Below, one piece after another: positions 9,781-20,755 of a stretch of 64,000 bases of DNA. The stretch is from an uncultured Chloroflexia bacterium (GTDB lineage: Bacteria; Chloroflexota; Limnocylindria; Limnocylindrales; CSP1-4), in assembly GCA_963778955.1 (NCBI GenBank), contig CAVZWI010000001.1, forward strand, positions 285,582 through 349,581, given 5' to 3'. The translations under genes were made by a program, and so were the position numbers. The stretch's first letter is position 1. Every line of letters begins with the position of its first letter. The notes beneath the pieces are model-generated. The model searched no databases. It saw only the letters and a list, made by a program, of their open reading frames with translations, and was not told the DNA's origin.

Positions 9781-11314
9781 ATGGATGTTGGTTCCGCTGG
9801 TATGAACTCGGAGACGGAAGTCGGCCAACGCGTTCCCGCGAGCACCCCACCCCGGTCACGGCTTGGCGCCCGCCTGCTGCTCGGCATCGCCGTGGCCGTC
9901 GTGGCGGGCGTCGTCGCGGCGTGGCTGACACCGCGCGGACCAGTCACGACCACGGACACCGCAGGCTGGACGGTGGGGGCCGTGCTGGTAGGCCTGGCCT
10001 GCGGCCTCATCCTGGGCTCCCGCTGGGCTGTGCTCGTCGCACCGATCGCCTTCGGTGTGGCCTTCGAGATCGCTCGCCTGGGCACCGATGGGCCCACCGT
10101 CGATACCGTCCACCTTGGTTCGACCTACGGCCTCATCGCCTTCGTCGTCGGGCGCGGCCTCAGCTTCATCCTGCTGGTGCCGGCGATGATGCTCGGCGGC
10201 GTCATCGGCGTGGAGATCGCCGCCCGCACGGGCCGGCCGCGAGCTCGCAGGCTGCATATCGCTGGCTGGCTGGGAGTGGCGGTGCTGGTGCTGGCGGTGG
10301 TCGGACTGCAGGCGGCCTTCCTGCGACCTGCCACGATCGCGCCCATCCTGGGCTCCGACGGCGAGCCGTTGCCGGGCGCGGTGGCGGAGCTCACGAGCGT
10401 CGAGCTGGGCGGCCACGAGCAGGCCCTCATCGATCCGGGGCCGCAGCGACCAGAACCCGGTGCTCCTTCACCTCGCGGGTGGTCCCGGCGGCACGGACAT
10501 CGGTGCCATGCGCGCCGATACCTCGCTCGAGGACGACTTCGTGGTCGTCACCTGGGATCAGCGCGGCACGGGCAAGTCCTACGGCGCCATCGATCCGGTC
10601 GAGACCCTCACACCGCAGCAGATGGTCGACGACACCATCGAGCTCAGCGAGTACCTTCGCGACCGCTTCGACGAGGACGCCATCTACCTGCACGGCCAGT
10701 CATGGGGCTCACTCCTTGGCGTGCTGGCAGTCCAGCAGCGACCGGACCTGTATCACGCCTGGATCGGCAGCGGCCAGATGGTCAGCCCGGTCGAAACGGA
10801 CACGATGTTCTGGGAGGACACCATCGCATGGGCCGAGTCGATCGGCGACGATGCACTGGCAGCCAGCCTGCGTGAGAGCGGCCCGCCGCCCTACCAGGAC
10901 ATCCTGGCCTACGAGCCTGCGCTGTCACATGAGCACGACTGGAACCCCTACCCGGAATTCGACGGCGACAAGGAGATGCCCTTCAACCTCTTCGTGCCCG
11001 AGAACACGCTGATGGACCAGTTCAACGGACTGCGCGCCTTCCTCGACACCTTCTCCGTGCTCTATCCGCAGTTGCAGGACATCGACTTCCGACGGGACGC
11101 GCCCACTCTGGATGTGCCGGTGTACCTGATCGTGGGGGCGCACGAGGCCCGCGGCCGGGCGGTCCTGACCGAGGAATGGTTCAAGGTGCTCGACGCGCCG
11201 GCCAAGGAACTCATCGCCTTTCCCCACTCCGGCCACCGTCCGACCTTCGAGGAGCCGGGCCGTTTTGCCGAGTTGATGGGGCGCGTGCGCGACGAGACGT
11301 ATCGCGAGGCCTGA
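9781..11314 (+). pseudogene. Membrane-anchored alpha/beta hydrolase (proline-iminopeptidase-like), frameshifted as sequenced
   Basis: N-terminal transmembrane helices are followed by ...ELTSVELGGHEQALI in frame 1. IRGRSDQNPVLLHLAGGPGG...GQSWGS...PHSGH continues in frame 2. Removing the g in atc[g]atcc near 10432 restores ...QALIIRGRSDQNPVLL. Confidence 0.7.
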
Positions 11315-11375
11315 CGGGGACGAACGATACGACCGTCTACGATGGCCCTCGCGTGACCTGCAGCGGGAGAGCCCC

Positions 11376-12758
11376 ATGACCGTCGAGACCGAACGCCAGT
11401 CATCGCAGACCGACCGCCAGTCGCTGGAGCGCATCCGTGAGTTGGCAGCGGCCGACGACCGCGAGGGCTTGGACGCGGTCATCAGCGCGCTCGAACCGAG
11501 CGAGGCCATCCGGGCCATCCTGCGCCTGGAGGCTGAGGACCAGGAGGCGGTGCTCACGACCCTGTCGCCGCCGGAAGCCGCGGACCTCATCGAGGACGCG
11601 CCCGACGAGCAGGCAGCCGACCTGATCGAACAGCTGACCCCGACCGACGCTGCCGCCATCGTGACCGCGATGCAGAGCGACGAGCAGGCCGACCTGATCG
11701 CCGACCTGGGCCGCTCGGAGGCCGCGGCGATCCTGGGGCAGATGAGGCCCGAGGTCGCGAGCGAGGTCCGCGCACTCGCCGACTACCCCGACGATGTCGC
11801 CGGCGGCTTGATGATCACCGAGTTCCTGCAGGTCGGCGAGAACACCACGGTGGGCGAGACGCTCGATGCGTTGGTGGAAAACGCCGAGGACAGCGACGAC
11901 CATTTCAGCCGCTACGTCTACGTCCTTTCACCGCTGGGGCGGTTGGTGGGGGTGGCAGCGGCCAGCGTGCTGGCGGCCGCTCCACGGACCCAACGCGTGG
12001 CTGACACGATGGTGCCACCGCTGTTCACCACCCCGTCCACGGGCCTAGATGCCCTGCGTGACTTCTTCGAGGCACATCCGATCGCCGCCGTGCCGGTCGT
12101 CGATCCCCGCGGTCGCCTGCTGGGCGTGACCCGCCGCACCGCCGTGCTCGATGCCATCACCGACCGCACCGAGCGCGAGATGCTGCGCATGCGCGGCATC
12201 GTCGGCGGTGACGAGGTGCGCTCGCTCCCGCTCGCCACCCGCACCAAGCGCCGCCTCTCCTGGCTGAGCATCAACATCGGGCTCAACGTCATCGCCGCCA
12301 GCGTCATCGCTCTCTTCATCGACACGCTCGACGAGGTCATCGCGCTGGCCGTCTTCCTGCCCATCATCAGCGACATGTCCGGCGCCAGCGGCAACCAGGC
12401 GGTCGCTGTCAGCATGCGCGAACTCTCGCTCGGCCTGGTGCGGCCCTACGAGGTCGGGCGGGTCTGGCTCAAGGAGATCTCGGTCGGGCTCATCAACGGC
12501 ACCGCCCTGGGCATCCTCATCGCCGTGGTGGCCACGCTCTGGGACGGCAACGCCTGGCTGGGGTTGGTGGTCGGCATGACGCTCGCGGTCAACACCCTCA
12601 TCGCGGTGTCGATCGGCGGCACGGTACCCCTGCTGCTGAAGCGCTTCGGGATCGATCCGGCAGTGGCCTCGGGGCCCATCCTGACCACCATCACCGACAT
12701 CTGCGGCTTCTTCATCGCGCTGAGCCTGGCCAGCCTGTTGCTGGCACAGCTGACGTAG
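11376..12758 (+). CDS. mgtE: Magnesium transporter MgtE
   Basis: An N-terminal MgtE_N domain, tandem CBS domains, and a C-terminal five-helix transmembrane domain carrying the PIISDMSGASGNQ motif are all present. Confidence 0.9.
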   Translation: MTVETERQSSQTDRQSLERIRELAAADDREGLDAVISALEPSEAIRAILRLEAEDQEAVLTTLSPPEAADLIEDAPDEQAADLIEQLTPTDAAAIVTAMQSDEQADLIADLGRSEAAAILGQMRPEVASEVRALADYPDDVAGGLMITEFLQVGENTTVGETLDALVENAEDSDDHFSRYVYVLSPLGRLVGVAAASVLAAAPRTQRVADTMVPPLFTTPSTGLDALRDFFEAHPIAAVPVVDPRGRLLGVTRRTAVLDAITDRTEREMLRMRGIVGGDEVRSLPLATRTKRRLSWLSINIGLNVIAASVIALFIDTLDEVIALAVFLPIISDMSGASGNQAVAVSMRELSLGLVRPYEVGRVWLKEISVGLINGTALGILIAVVATLWDGNAWLGLVVGMTLAVNTLIAVSIGGTVPLLLKRFGIDPAVASGPILTTITDICGFFIALSLASLLLAQLT

Positions 12759-12783
12759 CCGAAGCGCTACGCTCGGAGGCGAC

Positions 12784-13269
12784 ATGACACCATCCCGCAC
12801 CAGGCCCCCGCTCATCACCGTCGGCTGGCGCGAGTGGGTGGCGCTGCCGGATTGGAGCGTGCCCTGGTTGAAGGCCAAGATCGACACCGGCGCACGGACG
12901 TCAGCCCTGCATGCGTTCGACATCGAGACCACCGAGCACGACGGGCAGCGCTGGGCTCGCTTCGCCATCCATCCCTGGCAGGACACGGCCCAGGACCAGG
13001 TCATCATCGAGGCGCCGCTGGTCGACCATCGCACGGTGCGAAGCTCTTCGGGATCGGAGGGCGAGCGGCCGGTGGTTCGCACCACCATCGAGCTGGCTGG
13101 GCGAACCGTGCCGCTGGAGGTCACCCTGACCAGGCGAGACGAGATGGGCTTTCGCATGCTCGTCGGCCGACAGGCGTTGCGGCGGAGGTACGTGGTCGAT
13201 CCGGCACGCTCCTACCTGGGCGGCCGACCGTCACACGAGATCCGCAAGCGCAATCGGGGACGAGCATGA
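12784..13269 (+). CDS. ATP-dependent zinc protease (RimK-associated, DUF785 / retropepsin-like)
   Basis: ITVGWREWVALPDW...KAKIDTGARTSALHA matches the family. The gene sits in a conserved context with a desuccinylase and RimK. Confidence 0.75.
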   Translation: MTPSRTRPPLITVGWREWVALPDWSVPWLKAKIDTGARTSALHAFDIETTEHDGQRWARFAIHPWQDTAQDQVIIEAPLVDHRTVRSSSGSEGERPVVRTTIELAGRTVPLEVTLTRRDEMGFRMLVGRQALRRRYVVDPARSYLGGRPSHEIRKRNRGRA

Positions 13270-13305
13270 CGCCGGCGCGACGATGATGATGCCGGAGCGA
13301 CGAGC

Positions 13306-14274
13306 ATGACACCCGTGCGGCGAGCGGACTTCGAGTTCGCGGGGCTGGCCGTCCCGGCCGGACGCGCGGCGACTGCCGAGCTGCCCGTGCCTCGCCTGGT
13401 CACCGGCACGGACGTGTCGCTACCAGTGCGTATCATCCACGGTCGCAGCGATGGCCCCACGGTGTGGATCAGCGCGGCCATCCACGGCGATGAGATCGCC
13501 GGGGTGGAGGTCATCCGCCGGGTCATCGGCCGCCTGGACCCACGTCGGCTGGCTGGCACCGTGATGGCCGTGCCCATCGTGAACGTGCACGGCTTCCTCA
13601 TCGGCGATCGCTATCTGCCCGACCGGCGTGATCTGAATCGATCCTTTCCCGGCTCCACCAGCGGCTCGCTGGCCGGCCACATCGCCAACGCCTTCATGGA
13701 GCAGATCGTGCGACGCAGCGACATCGGCATCGACCTGCATACTGGCTCCGACCACCGCACCAACCTGCCCCAGATACGCGGCAACCTCGAGGACTCGCGT
13801 ACACGCGAGCTGGCGCTCGCCTTCGGCGCTCCGCTGATCCTGCACTCAGGCCTCCGCGACGGCTCCCTGCGTGCAGCGGCCACCGACGCCGGTGTCACCG
13901 TGCTGCTCTTCGAGGGCGGTGAGGCGTGGCGCTTCGATGAGGAGGCGATCGCCGCCGGCACCAACGGCACGCTGCGAGTGCTGGCCCACCTGGGCATGAT
14001 CGACGCCGACGGCGTGGCGGCCACGACGACTCCTGTCGAAAGCCGGCGTAGCAGCTGGATCCGGGCGCGCCGCAGCGGTATCGTCTCGATGCTGGTGTCA
14101 CTGGGGCAACCGGTGCGCAAGGGCCAGCACGTGGCGGTCATCCACGATTCGCTGGGTCGGCGCCTCAGCCGCGCCGGGGCGCCATTCGCGGGTATGGTCA
14201 TCGGCATGACCCAGCATCCACTCGTCCACCAGGGTGACGCCCTTGTGCACCTCGCGGAGACGGAGACAGCATGA
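13306..14274 (+). CDS. Succinylglutamate desuccinylase / aspartoacylase family protein
   Basis: The AstE_AspA-like core reads GPTVWISAAIHGDEIAGVEVIRR. The stop overlaps the start of rimK. Confidence 0.75.
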   Translation: MTPVRRADFEFAGLAVPAGRAATAELPVPRLVTGTDVSLPVRIIHGRSDGPTVWISAAIHGDEIAGVEVIRRVIGRLDPRRLAGTVMAVPIVNVHGFLIGDRYLPDRRDLNRSFPGSTSGSLAGHIANAFMEQIVRRSDIGIDLHTGSDHRTNLPQIRGNLEDSRTRELALAFGAPLILHSGLRDGSLRAAATDAGVTVLLFEGGEAWRFDEEAIAAGTNGTLRVLAHLGMIDADGVAATTTPVESRRSSWIRARRSGIVSMLVSLGQPVRKGQHVAVIHDSLGRRLSRAGAPFAGMVIGMTQHPLVHQGDALVHLAETETA

Positions 14275-15488
14275 AGGTCGCCATCCTCTCCCGTGCGCCC
14301 GGTGCCTACAGCACCCAGCGCCTCAAGGCGGCCGCCCTCGACCGCGGCCACCGCTGCCGCGTGCTCGACACGATGCGCTTCGCCATCGACCTGTCCACTG
14401 GCGACCCGGACCTGCAGTACCGTGGCAAGCCCTTGTCCGACTACGACGCGGTCATCCCCCGCATCGGCGCGTCGATCACCTACTTCGGCTCGGCCGTGGT
14501 GCGGCAGTTCGAGCAGATGGACGTCTACACGCCTAACACGGCCAACGGCATCACCAACTCGCGCGACAAGCTGCGCGCCATCCAGTTCCTCTCACGCCAT
14601 GACATCGGCATGCCCGCCACCGCCTTCGTGCACGACCGTATCGATGTGCGCCCGGCCATCGAGCGAGTCGGTGGCGCACCGGTGGTCATCAAGTTGCTGG
14701 AAGGTACCCAGGGCATCGGCGTCATCCTGGCACCCAGCATGCGGGTCGCCGAAGCGATCGTGGAGACGCTGCACAGCACCCGCCAGAACGTGCTCATCCA
14801 GGAGTTCATCTCCGAGTCCAAGGGCCGGGACATCCGCGCGCTGGTGGTGGGCGACCGCGTCGTCGCCGCCATGCGCCGCACCGCCCAGGGTGACGAGTTC
14901 CGTTCCAACGTGCACCGCGGGGGCACCGCTGAGAAGGTCGCCATCAGCCCCGAGTACGAGCGCACCGCCGTGCGCGCGGCGCAGATCATGGGCCTGCGCG
15001 TGGCCGGTGTGGACATGCTCGAAGGCAAGGACGGTCCACTGGTGATGGAGGTCAACTCCTCGCCCGGGCTGGAAGGCATCGAGACCGCGACCGAGCTGGA
15101 CGTGGCGGGCGCCATCGTCGACTACATCGACAACCAGGTCGCGTTCCCCGAGTTGGACGTGCGCCAGCGGCTGTCGGTCAGCACCGGCTATGGCGTGGCC
15201 GAGTTGCTGGTGCGCGAGGACGGCGACTTCGTGGGCAGGACCATCGCCAATTCGGGTCTGCGGGACCGCGATATCGCGGTGCTGACGCTGCATCGAGGTG
15301 CAGAGGTCATCCCCAACCCGCGCGAGTCCCGCGTGCTGGAGTCCAACGACCGGCTGCTCTGCTTCGGCAAGCTCGAATCGATGCGCGACATGATCCCCAC
15401 GCGCCGCAAGCGGCGAGCACGTGTGCGCAAACTGCCCGACGACCCGCTGGCGGGTGGCGAGCCGCCGTCGAGCGCCGCCTCGGCCTGA
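14271..15488 (+). CDS. rimK: RimK-family alpha-L-glutamate ligase (ATP-grasp) with a C-terminal RCK_C/TrkA-C domain
   Basis: The ATP-grasp core reads VVIKLLEGTQGIGVIL...LIQEFI...GRDIRALVVGDRVVAAMRR. The C-terminal extension is RCK_C-like (GRTIANSGLRDRDIAVLTLHRGAEVIPNP). Confidence 0.8.
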   Translation: MKVAILSRAPGAYSTQRLKAAALDRGHRCRVLDTMRFAIDLSTGDPDLQYRGKPLSDYDAVIPRIGASITYFGSAVVRQFEQMDVYTPNTANGITNSRDKLRAIQFLSRHDIGMPATAFVHDRIDVRPAIERVGGAPVVIKLLEGTQGIGVILAPSMRVAEAIVETLHSTRQNVLIQEFISESKGRDIRALVVGDRVVAAMRRTAQGDEFRSNVHRGGTAEKVAISPEYERTAVRAAQIMGLRVAGVDMLEGKDGPLVMEVNSSPGLEGIETATELDVAGAIVDYIDNQVAFPELDVRQRLSVSTGYGVAELLVREDGDFVGRTIANSGLRDRDIAVLTLHRGAEVIPNPRESRVLESNDRLLCFGKLESMRDMIPTRRKRRARVRKLPDDPLAGGEPPSSAASA

Positions 15489-15536
15489 CGATACGTATGC
15501 TCGCTCACGTATCGGCGGGCCGGGTACCCTGAGGCG

Positions 15537-16445
15537 ATGAACAGCCACGACCTCGCAACCGCCGGCCGACCGACCTTTGGCATCTGTGTCCCCAACTTCC
15601 GTGCCGGCACTGGCCCGGAGGCCATCCTCGCCGCCGCCGGAACGGCCGAGCAGCTGGGTTGGTCGGCAGCCTGGACGACCGATCACCTGCTCGTCGACGA
15701 CGCCCAGCGTGGTGCCGACTATCGACACATCTACGAGGCGATCAGCGTCCTCGCCTGGCTGGCCGGCCAGACCCAGCGCATCTCGCTGGGCAGCAGCGTG
15801 CTGGTCGTGCCCATGCGCAGCGCCGTGGCGCTGGCCAAGGAGCTGGCGACCATCGATGCGCTCAGCCACGGACGGCTCATCGCCGGAGTGGGCATAGGCT
15901 GGAACCGCACCGAGTTCGAGAACGTCGGCGTCGGCGAGCGGTTCGCGGTGCGCGGGGCGTATCTGGAGGAGACCGTGGCCCTGTGGCGCTATCTGTGGGG
16001 CGGCGGCAGCGGGCCATACCGGGGACGTTTCGACAGCTTCGGCAAGAGCTACTTCTCTCCCTTGCCCCCGCAGGGCGCGGAGCTGCCGGTCTGGATCGGC
16101 GCCACTGCCGAGCCGGCCCTGCGCCGCGTCGGACGGATCGCCCAGGGCTACCAGGCGACCCAGACCGATCCCGCGACGATGCGTGAGCGGGCGCGCATCA
16201 TCGCCGCCGCCGCCTCCGAGGCCAGTCGCGCCACGCCCACCCTCTCGGTCCGCTGCAGCGTCATCTTCGACAAGGTCGTCGATGGGCCGGTGCTGTCCGG
16301 CTCGACCGATCGGATCCGTTCCCAGGTGCGCGCCTACCATGAAGCTGGAGTCGAACACCTGGCGCTCGACTTCAGGGAGGTCGAACCGACGGCCGTAGCG
16401 CGCGCCATCAAGCGGTTCGACGATGAGATCGTGGCGAGCCTGTAG
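15537..16445 (+). CDS. LLM-class F420-dependent oxidoreductase (luciferase-like)
   Basis: The ORF belongs to the luciferase-like monooxygenase family (TDHLL...LGSSVLVVPMR...GRLIAGVGIGW). Confidence 0.8.
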   Translation: MNSHDLATAGRPTFGICVPNFRAGTGPEAILAAAGTAEQLGWSAAWTTDHLLVDDAQRGADYRHIYEAISVLAWLAGQTQRISLGSSVLVVPMRSAVALAKELATIDALSHGRLIAGVGIGWNRTEFENVGVGERFAVRGAYLEETVALWRYLWGGGSGPYRGRFDSFGKSYFSPLPPQGAELPVWIGATAEPALRRVGRIAQGYQATQTDPATMRERARIIAAAASEASRATPTLSVRCSVIFDKVVDGPVLSGSTDRIRSQVRAYHEAGVEHLALDFREVEPTAVARAIKRFDDEIVASL

Positions 16446-16552
16446 GTCTTCTCATGGGCCGCGACGGCCACAGTGGATCCATGCGAATGACGACGCACCC
16501 TACACTGGACTAAGAGTGCGGCCGATGAGGAGCCCGTGCGCAGGAGGCATGG

Positions 16553-19025
16553 ATGCGATACGGACGGTTCGATGACGAACGGCGCGAGTACGTCATCACG
16601 CGACCGGATACGCCGCTGCCCTGGATCAACTACCTGGGGACCGAGGACTACCTGGGCCTCATCTCCAACACCGCCGGCGGTTACTCGTTCTATCGCGATG
16701 CCCGCCTGCGCCGCCTGACGCGCTACCGCTACAACAACGCGCCCCTCGATGTCGGCGGCCGCTACCTGTACCTGCGTGACGACCTCACCGGCGACTACTG
16801 GAGTCCCAGCTGGCAGCCGGTCGGCGGGTTCGTCGAGGACTACGAGTGCCGCCACGGGCTGGGCTACACGGTCATCGGCTCGCGCAGCAACGGCATCCGC
16901 ACCGAGACGACGTACTTCGTGCCGCTGGGCGAGACGCTGGAGGTTTGGCGCACCCGCATCACCAACGAACGCGATACACCCGCGCGGTTGTCGCTCTTCA
17001 GCGCGGTCGAATGGAACCTCTGGGACGCCCTGGACGATGCCACCAACTTCCAGCGCAACTACTCGGTCGGCGAGGTGGAGGTCGAAGACGACGTCATCTA
17101 CCACAAGTCCGAGTACCGCGAACGCCGCGACCACTTCGCCTGGTTCGCATGTTCGGAGCCGTTGGCCGGGTTCGACACCCAGCGCGATGCCTTCCTGGGA
17201 CCCTACCGCGGCTGGGACCGACCGACCGTCGTGGAACAGGGCACGGCGACGGACTCGATGGCCCATGGCTGGCAGCCCATCGGCTGCCATCACGTGCGCC
17301 TGGAGCTGGCACCAGATGAGACGTACGAGGTCATCTTCGCCATGGGCTACGCGGAGAACCCCGCCGACGCCAAGTTCGACCCACCCGGTTCGCAGACGAT
17401 CGCCAAGCGCGGCGTGCGGCCGACCATCGAGCGCTACCTCCGCGCCGATCAGGTCGAACAGGCACTGGCGGCCCTGAGCGATCATTGGGATGAGTTGCTG
17501 GGCGCACTGCACGTGGCCACGCCCAACGAGCACCTCGACCGCATGGTCAACACCTGGAACGCCTACCAGTGCATGGTCACGTTCAACCTCTCGCGCTCGG
17601 CATCGATGTTCGAGTCGGGCATCGGCCGGGGCATGGGCTTCCGCGATTCCAACCAGGACCTGCTCGGGCTTCGTGCACATGGTTCCTGCGCGCGCCCGGC
17701 AGCGCATCCTCGACATCAGCGCCACGCAGCTGCCGAGCGGCGGCGCCTATCACCAGTACCAGCCGCTGACCAAACGCGGCAACGACGCGGTCGGCTCCGG
17801 CTTCAACGACGACCCGGCCTGGCTGGTGCTGGCTGTGGCGGCCTACATCCGCGAGACCGGCGACTGGTCCATCCTCGACGAGCCGGTCCCCTACGACAAC
17901 GTCGCGGGCTCGGAGACGCCGCTGTACGAGCACCTGCTTCGGGCGGTCGAGTACACGCTGGAGCGGCTCGGACCACACGGGCTGCCGCTCATCGGCCGCG
18001 CCGACTGGAACGACTGCCTCAACCTCAACTGCTTCAGCCAGACCCCTGGCGAGTCGTTCCAGACCACGGAGAACAAGGCAGGCGGCGTGGCCGAATCGGT
18101 CTTCATCGGCGCCCTCTTCACGCTGGCAGCACAGGAGATGGGGGCCCTGGCACGACGACGAGGCGACGACGCCGTGGCCGATCGTTGTGGGTCGGCCGCG
18201 TCGGAGATGGTAGCGGCCATGGATGCGCACGGCTGGGATGGTGCCTGGTTCCGTCGTGCCTACGACCACTTCGGCCATCCCGTCGGCTCGGCGCAGAACG
18301 AGGAGGGGCAGATCTTCATCGAGCCCCAGGGCATGGCCGTCATGGCCGGCATCGGCGTCGGGGATGGTCGGGCGGAGACCGCCCTCGCCTCAGTGCGCGA
18401 GCGGCTGGCTACCGACCACGGCATCGTGCTGCTGCAGCCGGCCTTCAGCCACTACTACCCCGAGTACGGCGAGATCAGCTCGTATCCCCCCGGCTACAAG
18501 GAGAACGCCGGGGTCTTCTGCCACACCAACCCCTGGCTGATGATCGCTGAAGCTCGACTCGGCAACGGCGACGGCGCGTTCGACTACTACCTGCGCATCA
18601 ATCCATCGGCCCGTGAAGACATCAGCGAGATCCACCGCTGCGAGCCATACGTGTACGCCCAGATGATCGCCGGACGGGACGCACCCACCCATGGCGAAGC
18701 CAAGAACTCCTGGCTCAGCGGCACGGCGGCCTGGAACTTCGTCGCCGCCACGCAGTGGATCCTGGGGATCCGCCCCGAGCACGATGGCCTGCGCGTCGAT
18801 CCGTGCATCCCGGCCGATTGGGCAGGGTTCAGCACCACGCGACGCTTCCGGGGCACGACGTACCGCATCCGGGTCAGCAAGCCGGTGGGGACGATCGGAC
18901 GCGTGCGTCGATTGGTCGTCGACGGTCGGGCCATCGATGGCAACATCGTCCCACTGCCGGTCCGGCGGGGTGGCACTATCGAGGTCGAAGCGATGGTCGA
19001 GAACATCGCCATGGGAGGATCGTGA
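16553..19025 (+). pseudogene. Cellobiose phosphorylase (GH94), frameshifted as sequenced
   Basis: The N-terminus MRYGRFDDERREYVITRPDTPLPWINYLG reads through to ...[17 protein letters not shown] in one frame. [38 protein letters not shown]...[27 protein letters not shown] follows in the next. The culprit is an extra g in cgg[g]ctt near 17667. Confidence 0.85.
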
Positions 19026-19609
19026 TGACGCAGGGCCAGGGCTGGGGACCGCCACCGGGTAGCCAGTCTCCGGGGGGTCAGGCACCGGGTGGTCAGGCAC
19101 CCGGGACCCCGCCGCCTCTGGGTTCACCGCCACCGCACTGGGCACCGCCACCGCCGCCCGGTCCACCCTCCAAGTACTGCTATGCCTGCGGTTCGGCCAT
19201 CGACAGCCGCTCCGTCGACTGTCCGCGCTGTGGCGTGCGCCAACCTGACGCCTACGGTGGCTCCGGCAAGAACCGGGCGGGGGCGGCGTTGCTGGCCATC
19301 ATCGTCGGTGGCCTCGGTATCCACCGCTTCTACCTCGGTGACATCGCCTGGGGCGTGGTCTACCTGTTGTTCTCGTGGACCGGCATCCCCAGCATCATCG
19401 CCTGGTTCGAGGCGTTGTACTTCCTGACGCGCTCCGATGCGCAATGGGCGGCGGTGCACGGCGGTCCGGTGCGACCCGCGGACGGCTTGGGCATCGGCTG
19501 TGCCTGGTTCTTGCTCCTTTGGCCGCTGATCTTCCTTGTCGGAGCGATCGTGATGCTCGGAGGGCTCTTGCTGTTCGCTCCCGTCTCATCGATCGTCTCG
19601 GGCGCCTGA
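19025..19609 (+). CDS. TM2-domain membrane protein with a proline-rich N-terminus and a zinc-ribbon
   Basis: The ATG overlaps the stop of the upstream phosphorylase gene. A zinc-ribbon motif (CYACGS...CPRCG) and a TM2 domain (NRAGAALLAIIVGGLGIHRFYLGD) are present. Confidence 0.6.
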   Translation: MTQGQGWGPPPGSQSPGGQAPGGQAPGTPPPLGSPPPHWAPPPPPGPPSKYCYACGSAIDSRSVDCPRCGVRQPDAYGGSGKNRAGAALLAIIVGGLGIHRFYLGDIAWGVVYLLFSWTGIPSIIAWFEALYFLTRSDAQWAAVHGGPVRPADGLGIGCAWFLLLWPLIFLVGAIVMLGGLLLFAPVSSIVSGA

Positions 19610-20299
19610 TCGGGTCGCATCGCTCTGGGTCGACTGCACGCGACCCGTTCCAACATCGCCTCGCCCGTCGAGATCCTCGGGGCGGTCAACATCGAAGAGG
19701 GTGCGAGCTTCCGGGTCCAGCCTGCTCCACTCGCTCTCCGGCACCAGCTCAAAGTCGAGCCCGTCAAGCAGCGCCCGAAGGCTCCGCTGGCCGGCCACGA
19801 CCAGGTCCCGACCCTGATCAAGGACGGTTCGCCGCCGCAACGCCACCGGCAGGGGATGAGGCACGCCTTCCCGCATCAGACAGGCTCCGTCGCGTTCGTC
19901 GGGAAATGACAGCAGTCGCTGAAGGACTCGCGGCCGGAGTTCCGGCATGTCGCCACCGACGACCAGCAGACGTTCGTTGGCTGCTTGTGCGGCTGCACCC
20001 ACCAGCGCGACCAAGGGGCCTTCGAACGCCTGCTCATCGAGGACCTCGGTCACGCGAGCCAGGAGATCGAGCGGGATCGCGACCGGGAGACCGGCAGGTG
20101 ACCCGACCACCAGGATCTCCTCGCAGACCGGCGACACCGCTCCCAAGGCCAAGTGCAGGAGTGGCACGCCGTTCCGAAGGGACGCGAGCTTCTGACTACC
20201 GAAGCGGCTGGAGCGCCCACCGGCCAGCACGATCGCCGAGGCCGACACGACGGATCGGCCGCGGGTCGAGCCGACCTCGTCAGTGGGCATCGAACTCAC
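19586..20299 (-). CDS. mobA: MobA-like NTP transferase (molybdenum cofactor guanylyltransferase family)
   Basis: The N-terminus reads AIVLAGGRSSRFGSQK and the protein contains ...LVVGGDMPEL. Confidence 0.6.
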   Translation of the reverse strand: MSSMPTDEVGSTRGRSVVSASAIVLAGGRSSRFGSQKLASLRNGVPLLHLALGAVSPVCEEILVVGSPAGLPVAIPLDLLARVTEVLDEQAFEGPLVALVGAAAQAANERLLVVGGDMPELRPRVLQRLLSFPDERDGACLMREGVPHPLPVALRRRTVLDQGRDLVVAGQRSLRALLDGLDFELVPESEWSRLDPEARTLFDVDRPEDLDGRGDVGTGRVQSTQSDATRSGARDDR

Positions 20300-20457
20300 G
20301 CGGGGCCAACCAGGACGCCGCTATCGTGGATAGCCGGGATGGTTGCGTGCGACACCTCGCGAGGATAGGGCCCAGGCCCCTACCATGGCGACCAGGCCGT
20401 GCCAGACTGGACGGCAAGAGGAGGCCAACGTGGATCTTCGAGCAGTGCTATCGGACC

Positions 20458-20700
20458 ATGTCCGAACTCGCATCCGAGCACGGCCTGGAGCCGCTCGAAC
20501 CACTTTCGGATGACGAGGTGGCGGCCGTCCTCGACCTCGCCCGAGTGGTCGCTCACGGTGTCGAGCGCAAGGCCGCGCCGCTGGTCAGCTACTCGCTGGG
20601 CCAGGTGCTCGGCAGCGCCGACGCCGACGTGCGCATGGCGCTGCTCACAGGCGCCATCTCCCGTATCGCGAAGGCCGGAGACTCGTCGGCCGGGACGTGA
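20458..20700 (+). CDS. DUF6457-like small protein that is often MobA-adjacent. The start is uncertain and may lie near 20431.
   Basis: ...SDDEVAAVLDLARVVAHGVERKAAPLVSYSLGQVLG matches the family. Confidence 0.4.
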   Translation: MSELASEHGLEPLEPLSDDEVAAVLDLARVVAHGVERKAAPLVSYSLGQVLGSADADVRMALLTGAISRIAKAGDSSAGT

Positions 20701-20755
20701 CCTCAGAGGGGCGCCGGGCGTGGCGGTTGGGGGCCAGTGAGCCGGCTCGACAGAC

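Noticed and set aside
11315-11375. An M-box (Mg2+) riboswitch upstream of mgtE
   Set aside because: The intergenic leader is only about 60 nt, far shorter than an M-box aptamer. No conserved M-box elements were recognised.
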